Position numbers and translations under genes: made by a program. A stretch of DNA of 64,000 nt from Nannocystis bainbridge (lineage in GTDB: Bacteria; Myxococcota_A; Polyangia; Nannocystales; Nannocystaceae): NCBI RefSeq assembly GCF_028368995.1, contig NZ_JAQNDL010000001.1, forward strand, positions 2,112,001 through 2,176,000, read 5' to 3'. The notes beneath the pieces were generated by a model that was given only the letters and a program-made list of their open reading frames with translations, was not told the DNA's origin and searched no databases. This document shows, piece after piece, positions 1-10,087 of the stretch (position 1 is its first letter; every line of letters begins with the position of its first letter).

Positions 1-185
1 GTCGCGGCCAGACGCTGGTCACCCTCGAAGCGATGAAGATCGAGAACGCCCTCGCGGTCGCCATCGCCGGCGTCGTCACCGAGGTCAAGGTGAAGCCCGG
101 CGATCAGGTCCCGCAAGGCCGCCTCCTCGCAGTCGTCACCCCGGACGACGGCCCCGAGCCCGCCGCCGCCTCCGCCGCCGCGTAG
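1..185 (+). CDS. C-terminal part of a biotin-carrier (biotinyl) domain protein, probably an acyl-CoA carboxylase alpha subunit; 5'-truncated by the window
   Basis: Frame from nt 3 reads RGQTLVTLEAMKIENALAVAIAGVVTEVKVKPGDQV, with the EAMK biotinylation motif; TAG at 183-185. Confidence 0.85.
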   Translation, partial: RGQTLVTLEAMKIENALAVAIAGVVTEVKVKPGDQVPQGRLLAVVTPDDGPEPAAASAAA

Positions 186-203
186 GCGTGCTAAGGTGCA
201 GTC

Positions 204-440
204 ATGGACCCCGCGCGCATCCTCGACGAAGCGATGGCCCTGCCCCCCGAACAGCGCCGCGAGCTGGCGCTGCGGCTGCTCGACAGCGTCGAGGAGCCGA
301 GCTCGCCGGAGGTCGAGGAGGCCCAGTATCAGGAGGTCCTCCGTCGCCTCCGTGACGTCGAGGAGGGCAAGGAGAAGCTGGTCGACTGGGAGGATGTCGA
401 TGCCGAACTGCGCGCCAAGATCGCGAGCCACGGCACCTGA
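204..440 (+). CDS. Putative addiction-module antitoxin (TIGR02574-like)
   Basis: 78 aa acidic; 'ILDEAMALPPEQRRELALRLLDSV...EVLRRL..V..G...VDWEDV' pattern; directly upstream of a ParE-like gene. Confidence 0.8.
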   Translation: MDPARILDEAMALPPEQRRELALRLLDSVEEPSSPEVEEAQYQEVLRRLRDVEEGKEKLVDWEDVDAELRAKIASHGT

Positions 441-443
441 ATC

Positions 444-752
444 ATGCAAGATCCCGAGGTCGTCGTCCGCCTGTCTCACCGCGCCGCCCACGATCTCGAT
501 CGCGCCGTCGATTATTATCTGTCCCAAAGACCAGGCCTCGCCCAGCGCCTCCTCGCCGCGGTCGGCGACGAGATCCAGGAGATTCGGCGAGCGCCAGCCC
601 GCTGGGCCGTCTGGCGCACGCCGGATCTGCGACGCATCCTCGTCGCCGGCTTCCCCTACGTCCTCGTCTATCGCATCACCTCGCCGGGTCAGGTGCTCGT
701 CCTGGCGATCCTTCATCAGCACCAGGACCCCAGGCGTCGCTTCCCGCCATGA
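444..752 (+). CDS. Type II toxin, RelE/ParE family
   Basis: 102 aa basic; 'RAAHDLDRAVDYY...FPYVLVYR....VLVLAILHQHQDP' ParE signature. Confidence 0.85.
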   Translation: MQDPEVVVRLSHRAAHDLDRAVDYYLSQRPGLAQRLLAAVGDEIQEIRRAPARWAVWRTPDLRRILVAGFPYVLVYRITSPGQVLVLAILHQHQDPRRRFPP

Positions 753-940
753 CCGACGAGCGTATCCACCTGCCTGCGCCGTCCGCCCCTCCTGCCATCG
801 CCCACGAGGACGCGTGGCTCGCCGAGATCGAGCGACGCCGACGCGCGGTCGAGTCCGGCCTCGAGGCCACCGTCGACCACGAAGAAGCCCTCGCCTTCAT
901 CTTCGCCTCGCCTCGCGCCCGTCCATCGCCCTCTCGATGA
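749..940 (+). CDS. Second, shorter addiction-module antitoxin-like protein
   Basis: 'DAWLAEIERRRRAVESG...VDHEEAL' matches the C-terminal half of TIGR02574-type antitoxins; ATGA overlap with the toxin stop. Confidence 0.6.
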   Translation: MTDERIHLPAPSAPPAIAHEDAWLAEIERRRRAVESGLEATVDHEEALAFIFASPRARPSPSR

Positions 941-959
941 TCCTCGCCTGGACCTCGCC

Positions 960-1826
960 ATGACCCACGACAAAGCGATCGTCACCTGCGCCCTCACCGG
1001 CGTGCTCACCAATCCCAAGCAGCACCCCGTGCCTGTCACGCCGGAGGAGCTCGCGCGCGCCGCCCGGCAGGCGCGGGACGCCGGCGCCTCGGTCGTGCAC
1101 GTCCACTTTCGCCGCCAGGAGCCCGGCATGGGCTTTCTGCCGTCGTGGGAGCCCGAGGTCGCCATCGCCGTGCGCGAGGCCATCCGCGCCGAGTGTCCCG
1201 AGCTCATCTTCAACATGACCACCGGCGTCGTCGGCGACGACATCAGCGGCCCGGTCGCTTGCATGCGCGCCATCAGGCCCGAGATCGCCGCTTGCAACGC
1301 TGGCAGCCTCAACTACCTCAAGGCCAAGAGCGACGGCACCTGGGCCTGGCCGCCGATGGTGTTCGACAACCCCGTCGACAAGGTAAAGGCCTTCCTCGAC
1401 GTCATGGCCGAGTGCGGCACGGCGCCCGAGTTCGAGTGCTTCGACCTCGGCATCGTCCGCTCGGTCGGCCTCTTCGTCGACGTCGGCCTCGCCAGGCACC
1501 CGCACTACAACTTCGTCACTGGCGTCGCCTCCGGCATGCCGACCGACCCCGACCTGCTGCCGTTCCTGCTCAAGTACATCAAGCCCGGCTCGCGCTGGGA
1601 GGTCACCGCCATCGGCCGCGAGGAGATCTGGGCCATCCATCGCCGCACCGCCGAGCTCGGGGGCGACCTGCGAACTGGCCTCGAGGACACCTTCTATTTG
1701 CCTGACGGCAGCCGCGCCGACAGCAACGGCCGCCTCATCGAAGCCCTCGTCGCCAGCGCCCGCGAGGTCGGCCGCGAGATCGCCTCGCCCGCCGAAGCGC
1801 GCCAGCGCATGCACCTCGCGGTTTGA
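960..1826 (+). CDS. Beta-keto acid cleavage enzyme (BKACE / 3-keto-5-aminohexanoate cleavage family, DUF849)
   Basis: IVTCALTG start, P.TPEE, HVHFR Zn motif, GLED motif. Confidence 0.9.
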   Translation: MTHDKAIVTCALTGVLTNPKQHPVPVTPEELARAARQARDAGASVVHVHFRRQEPGMGFLPSWEPEVAIAVREAIRAECPELIFNMTTGVVGDDISGPVACMRAIRPEIAACNAGSLNYLKAKSDGTWAWPPMVFDNPVDKVKAFLDVMAECGTAPEFECFDLGIVRSVGLFVDVGLARHPHYNFVTGVASGMPTDPDLLPFLLKYIKPGSRWEVTAIGREEIWAIHRRTAELGGDLRTGLEDTFYLPDGSRADSNGRLIEALVASAREVGREIASPAEARQRMHLAV

Positions 1827-2033
1827 AATTCACGCCGTCCGATCGGCGACGCAGCGATCGATCGACGCCGCCCGGGCGCGTCATTCGGTCGTCGCCGCAT
1901 TCGCCTGTCGCCGTCGTCATCGTAGCATTCGGCGCGGCCCCGATGTCCTCGCCGCATTCGCCCGCCTGCGGCCGCCGTCCCCCGGCTGCGCCGTGCCCGA
2001 CGCCGGCCGCACCGTGATAAAGTCACCGGCAAA

Positions 2034-3170
2034 ATGCCCGTCCTCGACGACGCCGACCGCGAGGCCTTGCGCGGCACCCTGCGCGCCTTCATCGAGCGCG
2101 AGGTCCTGCCGCACATCGAGGCCTGGGAGGAGGCCGGCAGCTTCCCGCGCGAGCTCTACCACCGCGCCGGTGAGCTCGGCTTGCTCGGCCTCGGCTTCCC
2201 CGAGGACCTCGGCGGCAGCCCCGGCGACAGCACCTCGCTCATCATCCTCTGCGAGGAGTTCGCGCGCACCGGCAGCGGCGGCCTCATCGCCGGCCTGTTC
2301 TCGCACGGCATCGGCCTGCCGCCGATCGTCAACCTCGGCACCGACGCGCAGCAGCGGCGCTTTGTCCCCGACGTGCTCGCCGGCCGCAAGATCGCCGCGC
2401 TCGCCGTCACCGAGCCGTCCGGCGGCTCCGACGTCGCCAACCTCAAGACCACCGCCCGCCGCGACGGCGACAGCTACGTCGTGCACGGCAGCAAGACCTT
2501 CATCACCTCCGGCATGCGCGCCGACCTCGTCACCGTCGCCGTGCGCACCGGTCCGCCTGGCCTCGGCGGCATCTCGCTGCTGGTCGTCGAGGCCGGCACG
2601 CCCGGCTTCACCCGCACCGCGCTCGACAAGAAGATGGGCTGGTGGTGCAGCGACACCGCCACCCTCTACTTCGACGACTGCCGGGTCCCCGCGGACAACC
2701 TGCTCGGCGAGGAGAACGGCGGCTTCCTCGGCATCATGCAGAACTTCAACCGCGAGCGGCTCACGCTCGCGGCCATGGCCGTCGCCTTCGCCCAGGTCTG
2801 CCTCGACGACGCGATCGCCTACGCCCGCCAGCGTGAGACCTTCGGCAAGCCGCTCGTCACCCGCCAGGTCATCCGCCACAAGCTCGTCGACATGGCCACG
2901 CGGATCCACCCGGTGCGGACCTGGCTGTATCAGCTCGCCGCGCGCATCGACGCCGGCGAGTGGCCGATCGCCGAGATTTGCATGCTCAAGAACGCGGCGA
3001 CCCAGTGCGTCGAGTTCTGCGCCAAGGAGGGCGTGCAGATCTTCGGTGGCGCCGGCTTCATGCGCGGCGCGCGGGTCGAGCGGATCTACCGCGAGACCCG
3101 GGTCCTCGCCATCGGCGGTGGCGCCGAGGAGATCATGAAGGACCTCGCCGCCAAGCAAATGGGACTCTAG
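2034..3170 (+). CDS. Acyl-CoA dehydrogenase
   Basis: AVTEPSGGSDVA, GSKTFIT, RETFGKPL, QIFGGAG, IGGGAEEIMK motifs. Confidence 0.95.
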   Translation: MPVLDDADREALRGTLRAFIEREVLPHIEAWEEAGSFPRELYHRAGELGLLGLGFPEDLGGSPGDSTSLIILCEEFARTGSGGLIAGLFSHGIGLPPIVNLGTDAQQRRFVPDVLAGRKIAALAVTEPSGGSDVANLKTTARRDGDSYVVHGSKTFITSGMRADLVTVAVRTGPPGLGGISLLVVEAGTPGFTRTALDKKMGWWCSDTATLYFDDCRVPADNLLGEENGGFLGIMQNFNRERLTLAAMAVAFAQVCLDDAIAYARQRETFGKPLVTRQVIRHKLVDMATRIHPVRTWLYQLAARIDAGEWPIAEICMLKNAATQCVEFCAKEGVQIFGGAGFMRGARVERIYRETRVLAIGGGAEEIMKDLAAKQMGL

Positions 3171-3194
3171 ACAATCACTCGCCAGGAGCACGCC

Positions 3195-4982
3195 ATGGCC
3201 CACGACACCATCCCTGCCCGCTTCCTCGCCCGCGGCCAGGCCCACCCCGACAGACCGGCCTATTACGTGCGCAAGGACGGCGCCTGGCGCCCGACTCGCT
3301 GGCGCGAGTACAACGACCAGGTCCGCCGCGCCGCGCGGGCCATGATCGGCCTCGGCCTGCAGCCCGGCCAGGGCGTCTGCATCCTCTCGTACAACCGCGC
3401 CGAGTGGGCCATCACCGCCTTCGCCGCCATGGCCGCCGGCGGCGTCCCGGCCGGTATCTACACCACCTGCTCCGCCGGCGAGGTGCAGTACATCGTCCAC
3501 CACGCCGAGGCCCCGCTGGTGGTCGTCGAGGACCGCGCGCAGTACGACAAGCTGGCCGCGCAGCGCGACAAGCTGCCGGGCCTGCGCCACATCGTCGTCC
3601 TGCAGGGCGCGGAGGCCATCGGCGACCCGCTGGTCCTCTCGTGGGAGCAGTTCCTCGCCCGCGCCGACGCCGTCGCCGAGGCCGCGCTGAGCGAGCGCCT
3701 GGCGAACCTCCACGAGGACGACACCAGCACGTACATCTACACCTCCGGCACCACCGGCCCGCCCAAGGCCGTCATGCTGTCGCACAAGAGCGTGCTGTGG
3801 ACCACCGAGGTGCTCCTCGAGCTGGTCGAGAACAACCCGGACGATCGCCTGCTGTCGTACTTGCCGCTGTCGCACATCGCCGAGCAGATGCTCTCGATGC
3901 ACGGCCCCGCCTGCTGCGGCTACGCCGTCTACTGGGCCGAGGCGCTCGAGCGCGTGCCCGACAACCTCAAGGAGGCCCAGCCGACCGTCTTCTTCGGCGT
4001 GCCGCGGATCTGGGAGAAGTTCCACGCCGCCGTCGCCGCGCGCCTGTCCCAGACGACAGGTCCCAAGAAACAGCTCGTCGACTGGGCCACCGGCGTCGCC
4101 CGCCGCTACCACGCCCTCGCCACCCGCGGCCGGCCGGTCCCGCTGGTCCTGCGGGCCCAGTACCAGCTGGCGCGGCGCCTCGTGTTCACCAAGCTGAAGA
4201 CCGCGCTCGGCCTCGGCAGCGTGCGCGCCTGCGTGTCCGGGGCCGCGCCGATCGCCGCCCACGTGCTCGAGTTCTTCGCCGGCCTCGACCTCGTCGTCGC
4301 CGAGGTCTACGGCCAGAGCGAGGACTGCGGCCCGACCACCCTCAACATCCCCGGCGCCACCAAGCTCGGCAGCGTCGGCCGCCCCATCCCTGGCCTCGAG
4401 GTCAGGCTCGGCGAGGACGGCGAGATCCTCGTGCGCGGCCCCAGCGTGTTCAAGGGCTACTTCAAGGACCCGGCCGCCACCGACGAGGCGCTGCAGGACG
4501 GCTGGCTGCACTCCGGCGACCTCGGGGCCTTCGACGCCGACGGCTTCCTCTCGATCACCGGGCGCAAGAAGGAGATCATCATCACCGCTGGCGGCAAGAA
4601 CATCGCCCCCAAGAACCTCGAGGCCGCGCTCAAGGAGAGCCCGCTGATCGAGGAGGCGGTGGTGATCGGCGACCGCCGCAAGTTCCTCGGGGCCCTGCTG
4701 GCGATCGACCGCGCCGCCGCGGCCCGGTGGTTAGAGGGCCAGGGCCAGCCCGCCGACGAGCCGCTGCACGACAGCCCGGCGCTGCTCGCCGAGATCGGCA
4801 AGTGGGTCGAGAAGTCCGGCGAGCAGTTCGCCCGCGTCGAGCAGGTGCGCCGGTTCAAGCTGCTGCCGCGCAGCCTCGGCGCCGACCACGGCGAGCTCAC
4901 GCCGACGCTCAAGCTCAAGCGCAAGGTCATCGAGAAGCAGTGGGCCGACCTCGTCGAGGCCATGTACGAGGGCGCCGACTGA
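3195..4982 (+). CDS. Long-chain fatty acid-CoA ligase (AMP-binding family)
   Basis: YTSGTTGPPK, YGQSE, GWLHSGDLG, GRKKEIIITAGGKNIAP, ELTPTLKLKR motifs. Confidence 0.93.
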   Translation: MAHDTIPARFLARGQAHPDRPAYYVRKDGAWRPTRWREYNDQVRRAARAMIGLGLQPGQGVCILSYNRAEWAITAFAAMAAGGVPAGIYTTCSAGEVQYIVHHAEAPLVVVEDRAQYDKLAAQRDKLPGLRHIVVLQGAEAIGDPLVLSWEQFLARADAVAEAALSERLANLHEDDTSTYIYTSGTTGPPKAVMLSHKSVLWTTEVLLELVENNPDDRLLSYLPLSHIAEQMLSMHGPACCGYAVYWAEALERVPDNLKEAQPTVFFGVPRIWEKFHAAVAARLSQTTGPKKQLVDWATGVARRYHALATRGRPVPLVLRAQYQLARRLVFTKLKTALGLGSVRACVSGAAPIAAHVLEFFAGLDLVVAEVYGQSEDCGPTTLNIPGATKLGSVGRPIPGLEVRLGEDGEILVRGPSVFKGYFKDPAATDEALQDGWLHSGDLGAFDADGFLSITGRKKEIIITAGGKNIAPKNLEAALKESPLIEEAVVIGDRRKFLGALLAIDRAAAARWLEGQGQPADEPLHDSPALLAEIGKWVEKSGEQFARVEQVRRFKLLPRSLGADHGELTPTLKLKRKVIEKQWADLVEAMYEGAD

Positions 4983-6596
4983 TCAGGGCACCGTCACCAG
5001 CACGCCCTGACTCTCGACGTTGTGTTTGCCGGCGGCGGTGATCGCCCATGTCCCCGGGGACAGGTCGATGCTCGTCGTCTCGGCCGGGACGACGCGGTCG
5101 ATCACGTACTCCTGGCCCGCCTGGGCGTAGACCACCCAGGCGCGCAGGCTGTCCGGGGCCGCGTGCGACAGCGACGCCTGCGCCCCGGTCAGCGTCACCG
5201 TCGGCGGCGCCACGACCTCGTCGGTCAGCGCCGCGATCGGCGGCGTCAGGGCCGGGGTCGCGTAGAACTCGGCCTTGAACGCGTCGGTGACCCCGAGCAG
5301 GTTGTCCTGCAGCGGCGCGATCTGGAAGAAGATGTTGCCCTGCGAGCCCGACTCCGCGTATTCGCGGCTGAGCACGATCTCCTGCTTGAACTCCTCGAGC
5401 GACCACTTGTCCTCGGTGCCGAGCTTGCTGAGGTAGTTGCCGGCGAAGATGTAGCGCCCGCCGGTGGTGATGCTCGACCACCACGCGATCAGCTTGCCGT
5501 AGGCCTGGGCCGCCTGGGTCGTCGGCCAGTACAGCTGCGGCGCCAGGTAATCGAGCCAGCCCTCTTGCATCCACAGCAGCGGATCGGCGTAGAGGCCCTC
5601 GTATTGATCGAAGCCGACGATGCCCTCGGGGATCCCTGGCCGGTAGATGCCGAACGGGCTGATGCCATAGCGGACGTGCGGCGCCAGGTCGGCGACCGTG
5701 ATGCCGACCGCCTCGACCATCGCGTTGACGTTGTCGCGCCGCCAGTCGGCCCGCGACAGCTGCCCGCCGCTGCCCTGATAGGCCTCCCACGTCTTGTCGT
5801 CGGGGAAGTCTTCGCCGTCGACCGGGTACGGATAGAAGTAATCGTCGAAGTGGACGCCGTCGATGTCGTAGCGGCCCACGAGATCAGCGACGACCGCCAG
5901 CAATAGGTCCTGCACCTCCTTCGCGCCCGGGTCCATCCAAAGGAACGTCGAGTACGCGTAGGCGTACTGCGGCAGCAGGGACGCGACGTGATTGGCGGCC
6001 AGCGGGTGGTTGGCGTTGGCCTTGGCGCGGTACGGATTGAGCCAGGCGTGGACCTCGATGCCGCGGGCGTGGCCCTCGTCGACCAGGAATTGCAGCGGGT
6101 CGACCCCGGGATCCTCCCCTTGTTCGCCTGTGAGGTAACGGCTCCACGGCTCCAGGTCCGACGAATAGAGCGCGTCGCATTCCGGCCTGACCTGGAACAC
6201 CACGGCATTGAGGCCCGCTGCCTGCACGGTATCGAGGATCGCCAGCAGCTCGTCCTGCATCGCCGTCGCCGACAGCCCGGTCGCGCTGGGGAAGTTGATG
6301 TTCGAGACCGTCGCCACCCACACCGCCCGGAACTCGCGGGTATGGCTGACCACCACCAGCTCCTGCGGCTCGCCGCCGGTCGTGCCGCTGCTGGTGCTCT
6401 CGTCGCCGCTGGTCGGCTCGTTCGTCGTCGGGTCGCCGGTCGCTGGCACATCGGAGGTCGTCGCGGTGCCCGGCGAATCGGTCGTGTTCGCGCTCGACGT
6501 CGCGGCTTCGGTGGTCGAGGAAGGCTCTTCGCCGCAGCCGGAGAGCGCCGCCAAGCCGACCACAAATGACAATCCTGCTGAGCGAAACAGCGCCAT
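4983..6596 (-). CDS. GHL10 / YddW(DigH)-like glycoside hydrolase lipoprotein
   Basis: Lipobox LSGC, Thr/Ser linker, EFRAVWVATVSNI, FQVRP..DALY, HAWLNPYR, YDIDGVHFDDYFYPY. Confidence 0.88.
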   Translation of the reverse strand: MALFRSAGLSFVVGLAALSGCGEEPSSTTEAATSSANTTDSPGTATTSDVPATGDPTTNEPTSGDESTSSGTTGGEPQELVVVSHTREFRAVWVATVSNINFPSATGLSATAMQDELLAILDTVQAAGLNAVVFQVRPECDALYSSDLEPWSRYLTGEQGEDPGVDPLQFLVDEGHARGIEVHAWLNPYRAKANANHPLAANHVASLLPQYAYAYSTFLWMDPGAKEVQDLLLAVVADLVGRYDIDGVHFDDYFYPYPVDGEDFPDDKTWEAYQGSGGQLSRADWRRDNVNAMVEAVGITVADLAPHVRYGISPFGIYRPGIPEGIVGFDQYEGLYADPLLWMQEGWLDYLAPQLYWPTTQAAQAYGKLIAWWSSITTGGRYIFAGNYLSKLGTEDKWSLEEFKQEIVLSREYAESGSQGNIFFQIAPLQDNLLGVTDAFKAEFYATPALTPPIAALTDEVVAPPTVTLTGAQASLSHAAPDSLRAWVVYAQAGQEYVIDRVVPAETTSIDLSPGTWAITAAGKHNVESQGVLVTVP

Positions 6597-6738
6597 GCGT
6601 CCCTATAACACGACCACGCCGGCCCGGAGATTTCCAGGCCGGGAGGCCGGGCAAGCGGGCCGCAAATGTGGGCGAACGCGCTTGCGTTCACCGTCACAAT
6701 TCTCCCCCGCGGGGCTTGCGTTGAGTAGGATGCCGCCC

Positions 6739-7257
6739 ATGCGCAAGCACCCCTCTCGCATTTTCGCGGCCGTCGCGGCCGTCGGCCTCAGCGCCTCCCT
6801 GAGCGCTTGTTCGGTGAAGCCCGGCGAATACCGGATCTACAAGATCACCGCTCTGCCCCAGCAGATGGGCGCCGACTGCGGCACGAACCCCGATCCGCGT
6901 GACTCGACCACGTTCTTCGGCGCCAGCACGATCCAGATCTTCGCCACCGACCCCGACGATTACTTCCTCGAGTACGGCACCGACGTGATCATCGGTTCGC
7001 GCTCCGGCACCGATTACACCTTTGAAGGCGACGAGGTCCTGGTCGAGGACCCGATCGACGGCACCACCGTCACGACCACGCGCAGCCTCGACGTCGCCAT
7101 CTCGATCAAGGGCTACAAGATCACCGCCGACTACGTCTCCTTCACCTCGACGGTGTGCGGCGGCAACTGTGACGGCTTCGAGAACGCCCAGTGCACCGTC
7201 ACCGGCTCGTTCTTCGGCGCCGAGCTGAAGGACGTCGAGCTCGAGCGGCCGGTCTGA
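6739..7257 (+). CDS. Hypothetical lipoprotein
   Basis: Start refined to ATG 6739 (MRKHPSRIFAAVAAVGLSASLSAC, lipobox); typical codon usage. Confidence 0.7.
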   Translation: MRKHPSRIFAAVAAVGLSASLSACSVKPGEYRIYKITALPQQMGADCGTNPDPRDSTTFFGASTIQIFATDPDDYFLEYGTDVIIGSRSGTDYTFEGDEVLVEDPIDGTTVTTTRSLDVAISIKGYKITADYVSFTSTVCGGNCDGFENAQCTVTGSFFGAELKDVELERPV

Positions 7258-7266
7258 GCCCCCCTC

Positions 7267-9102
7267 TCAGAACAGCCCGTGAAGCGGTCCGCTCGGGGCC
7301 GCCCATTCGAGGACTCGGCGGGTCACCGCCGGGTCCTCGATCAATTGCGGGGCGTGGTGCGGCTTGCGGCGGGCGTCGATCACCAGCGCGCCCTCGCAGC
7401 CCCAGTGCTTGTGGACCGTGCGCGCCGCGACCCCGTCGATGTCGACCGCCGGGTTCATGCGGGTGAACGTCGCCCACAAGAAGTTGTTGAGCGTGCGCGC
7501 CGCGAACTCGCTGTCGTCGACCAGCACCACCAGCGGGAAGCCGGCCATCGGATCGTTCGGCGCCAGCGCGGCGCAGAACCGCTGCAGCGCCCCGTCGCCG
7601 GGCACCGTGCACTCCGGGCTCGTCACCGCCAGCACCCCGGGCATGCACACGCGCGGGTCCGAGAAGCCCGCCGGCAGCCGCAGCTCGGCCGGCACCTCCG
7701 TCGCCAGCGCGCGGCGGGGCGCCCCGACGGCCGCGATCACCACCTTGCTGCCGACATTGAGCCCGCCGCCCGAGTAGTCGAGCGTGTCGATGGTCGTCTC
7801 GGTGTGGAAATGCAGGTCGCGGCGCCAGTCGACGCGCTCGAGGACATGTCCGAAGAAACCTGTCACATCGTGCAGGTCGAGGTTCGGCGCGTCGTCGGCC
7901 GCGGCGATGATGAGCACTTTGGCCAGCGACATCTGGCCCTGGCCGAGGATCGCGCTGGCCTGCGTCAGCAGCTCGGCGGGGCGGTCGCGCGGGGCGTAGG
8001 GCGTGTAGCGCTCGCTGCCGAGGGCCAGCAGCAGCGGGTGGACCCCGGCCGCGTCGACCGCATGGACCGCCTGCACCCCGGGGATCACCGCCGGGATCGC
8101 CGGCCCCGTGATCTCGTGGATGATCGCGCCGAATTGCGTGTCCTCTTGCGGCGGCCGCCCGACCACCGTAAACGGCCAGATCGCGTCCTCGCGGGCGTAC
8201 ACCTTGTCGACCCGCAGCACCGGGAAATCGTGCGTCAGGCTGTAGTAGCCGAGGTGGTCGCCGAACGGCCCCTCGGGCAGGCGCAGCTCGGGGTCGACGG
8301 TGCCGCAGATGACGAAGTCGGCCTCGCCGGCGAACGGCAGCGCACCTGGCCTTTGGACCATGCGCACCCGTCGCCCCGCCAGCGCCCCCGCGAACGCCAG
8401 CTCCGGCAGCCCCTCGGGCAGGGGCATCACCGCCGCCAGCGCCATCGCTGGCGGGCCGCCGACGAAGATGTTGACGCGCAGCGGCTCGCCCTTGCGGATC
8501 GCCGCCGCGTGGTGGACCCCGATCCCGCGGTGGATCTGGTAGTGCAGCCCGATCTGGCGGTCCTGCGCGTAGCGGTTGCCGCCCAGCTGGACGCGGTACA
8601 TCCCGAGGTTGCTCTTCATCCACCCGGGCTTGTCGGGGTCCTCGCTGTAGACCTGCGGCAGGGTGATGAACGGCCCGCCGTCGCGCGGCCACGAGACCTG
8701 CTGCGGCAGGTCGGAGATCCGGATCTCGCGCGCCATGACGGGCCCGGAGCCGACGAACTTCGGCCGCGCGTGCCAGCCCGTGCGGAGCAGGCCCAGGTAG
8801 CGCCACGGCCGACGCATCACCGCCCCGGGGTCGCCGCGCAGGGCCACCAATTGCTTCACCTGCGCCAGCGTGTCGCGAAAAATGAACTGTGTGCGGGCGG
8901 CCGTCCCGAACAGGTTGCTCACCATCGGGAATCCGCTGCCCTTGACCCGCGTGAACAGCAGCGCCGGACCGCCGGCCGCGAAGACGCGGCGCTGGATCTC
9001 CGCCGCCTCGAGGTTCGGGTCCACCTCGACATCGACGCGCGCGAGGTGACCGTGCCGCTCGAGGTCGGTCACACACGCGCGCAGCGATCGATAAGCGCTC
9101 AT
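7267..9102 (-). CDS. UbiD-family (prFMN-dependent) decarboxylase
   Basis: DGGPFITLP, NLGMYR, EGPFGDHLGYY, GRPPQED, IDTLDYS motifs. Confidence 0.9.
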   Translation of the reverse strand: MSAYRSLRACVTDLERHGHLARVDVEVDPNLEAAEIQRRVFAAGGPALLFTRVKGSGFPMVSNLFGTAARTQFIFRDTLAQVKQLVALRGDPGAVMRRPWRYLGLLRTGWHARPKFVGSGPVMAREIRISDLPQQVSWPRDGGPFITLPQVYSEDPDKPGWMKSNLGMYRVQLGGNRYAQDRQIGLHYQIHRGIGVHHAAAIRKGEPLRVNIFVGGPPAMALAAVMPLPEGLPELAFAGALAGRRVRMVQRPGALPFAGEADFVICGTVDPELRLPEGPFGDHLGYYSLTHDFPVLRVDKVYAREDAIWPFTVVGRPPQEDTQFGAIIHEITGPAIPAVIPGVQAVHAVDAAGVHPLLLALGSERYTPYAPRDRPAELLTQASAILGQGQMSLAKVLIIAAADDAPNLDLHDVTGFFGHVLERVDWRRDLHFHTETTIDTLDYSGGGLNVGSKVVIAAVGAPRRALATEVPAELRLPAGFSDPRVCMPGVLAVTSPECTVPGDGALQRFCAALAPNDPMAGFPLVVLVDDSEFAARTLNNFLWATFTRMNPAVDIDGVAARTVHKHWGCEGALVIDARRKPHHAPQLIEDPAVTRRVLEWAAPSGPLHGLF

Positions 9103-9124
9103 TCCGCCGTCGTGGCAGGGGCCT

Positions 9125-9152
9125 CGGCGCCTGTCTTTCGAGACAGGCGCCG
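9125..9152. terminator. Perfect 12-bp stem-loop between the Cys-rich lipoprotein gene and the ubiD-like gene
   Basis: CGGCGCCTGTCT-TTCG-AGACAGGCGCCG; its core is a variant of the TGTCC-N4-GGACA motif. Confidence 0.55.
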
Positions 9153-9163
9153 GGGCGCTCGCA

Positions 9164-10087
9164 TCACATGCAGACCGAGCCGACCAGCGCGCCCATGTCG
9201 AGGTCGACCGCCGGGTCGCTGCACTGCTGGCCCATCGGGCAGTCCGAGTCGGCGTTGCACTCGCCGCAGACGCCGAGCTTGAGCAGGCCCATCACGCTGG
9301 CCTCGCCGCAGAAGCCCGACTCGCAGGCCTTGTTGCCGGCCGGGTTGCCGCCGTCGTCCTCGAGCGAGCAGCCGAGGTTGGCGGGGACCGAGCCGTCGGC
9401 GACGCAGTCGAGCTTGCCCTTGAAGTTGGGCACGTCGTAGGTCGGGCTGCAGTTGGCCAGGCCGGCGTCGGTGCAGTCGGCGTTGACCTTGCACTGGCCG
9501 CAGGTGGCGACGGTGATGATGCCGGGGACCTCGAGCAGGGTCCCGCAGATGCCGTTCTCGGCCTCGACGCAGACCTCGTCGCTCATGCAGCCCTCGCCAG
9601 CGGCGCCATCGTTGCAGGTCGCGCCGACGCCGGCGATCGGGTTCGGCACGGAGCAGCCGCCGGGGGCGCAGTCGGCATCGGCGAGGCACTCGCCGCAGAA
9701 GCCGCCGAGCGCGGGGACCACGAAGCACTTCTCGGTGTCGCAGCCGCAGCCCGACGAGTCGGTGCACGGGCTGTTGACCGGCTGGTCCTCCATGTCCTGG
9801 CACAGCGAGCCGGTCGTGACCGTCGTCGCGGTGGTGGTGGTGGAGGTCGTCGGCTCGTCGGTGGTCGCGGCGGTCTCGGTGCCGGACTCGGTGCCGGTGG
9901 GCTCCGGGTTCGTGGTCGTCGGCGTGTTGGTCGTCGTCGAGTCGCCCATCGTCGCGTCGGTCGTCGTCGGCGCGGTGGTCGCGTCGGTGGCCGAGGCGGA
10001 GTCGCCCCTGTCGTCGCCGCAGGCGGTGGTGGTCAAGGAAAGCGCCAGCGCGCTGGCGAAGAGGAAGCGCAGGTTGGTACAGGTCAT
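9164..10087 (-). CDS. Cys-rich myxobacterial lipoprotein with Thr-rich linker
   Basis: TTACGDD lipobox, long Thr linker, repeated CGEC..D.DC units; start refined to ATG 10087. Confidence 0.8.
   Translation of the reverse strand: MTCTNLRFLFASALALSLTTTACGDDRGDSASATDATTAPTTTDATMGDSTTTNTPTTTNPEPTGTESGTETAATTDEPTTSTTTTATTVTTGSLCQDMEDQPVNSPCTDSSGCGCDTEKCFVVPALGGFCGECLADADCAPGGCSVPNPIAGVGATCNDGAAGEGCMSDEVCVEAENGICGTLLEVPGIITVATCGQCKVNADCTDAGLANCSPTYDVPNFKGKLDCVADGSVPANLGCSLEDDGGNPAGNKACESGFCGEASVMGLLKLGVCGECNADSDCPMGQQCSDPAVDLDMGALVGSVCM

Noticed and set aside
1880-1970. CGCCGCATTCGCC repeated twice, with extra CATTCG words
   Set aside because: Short and GC-rich; compatible with chance or a small local duplication.
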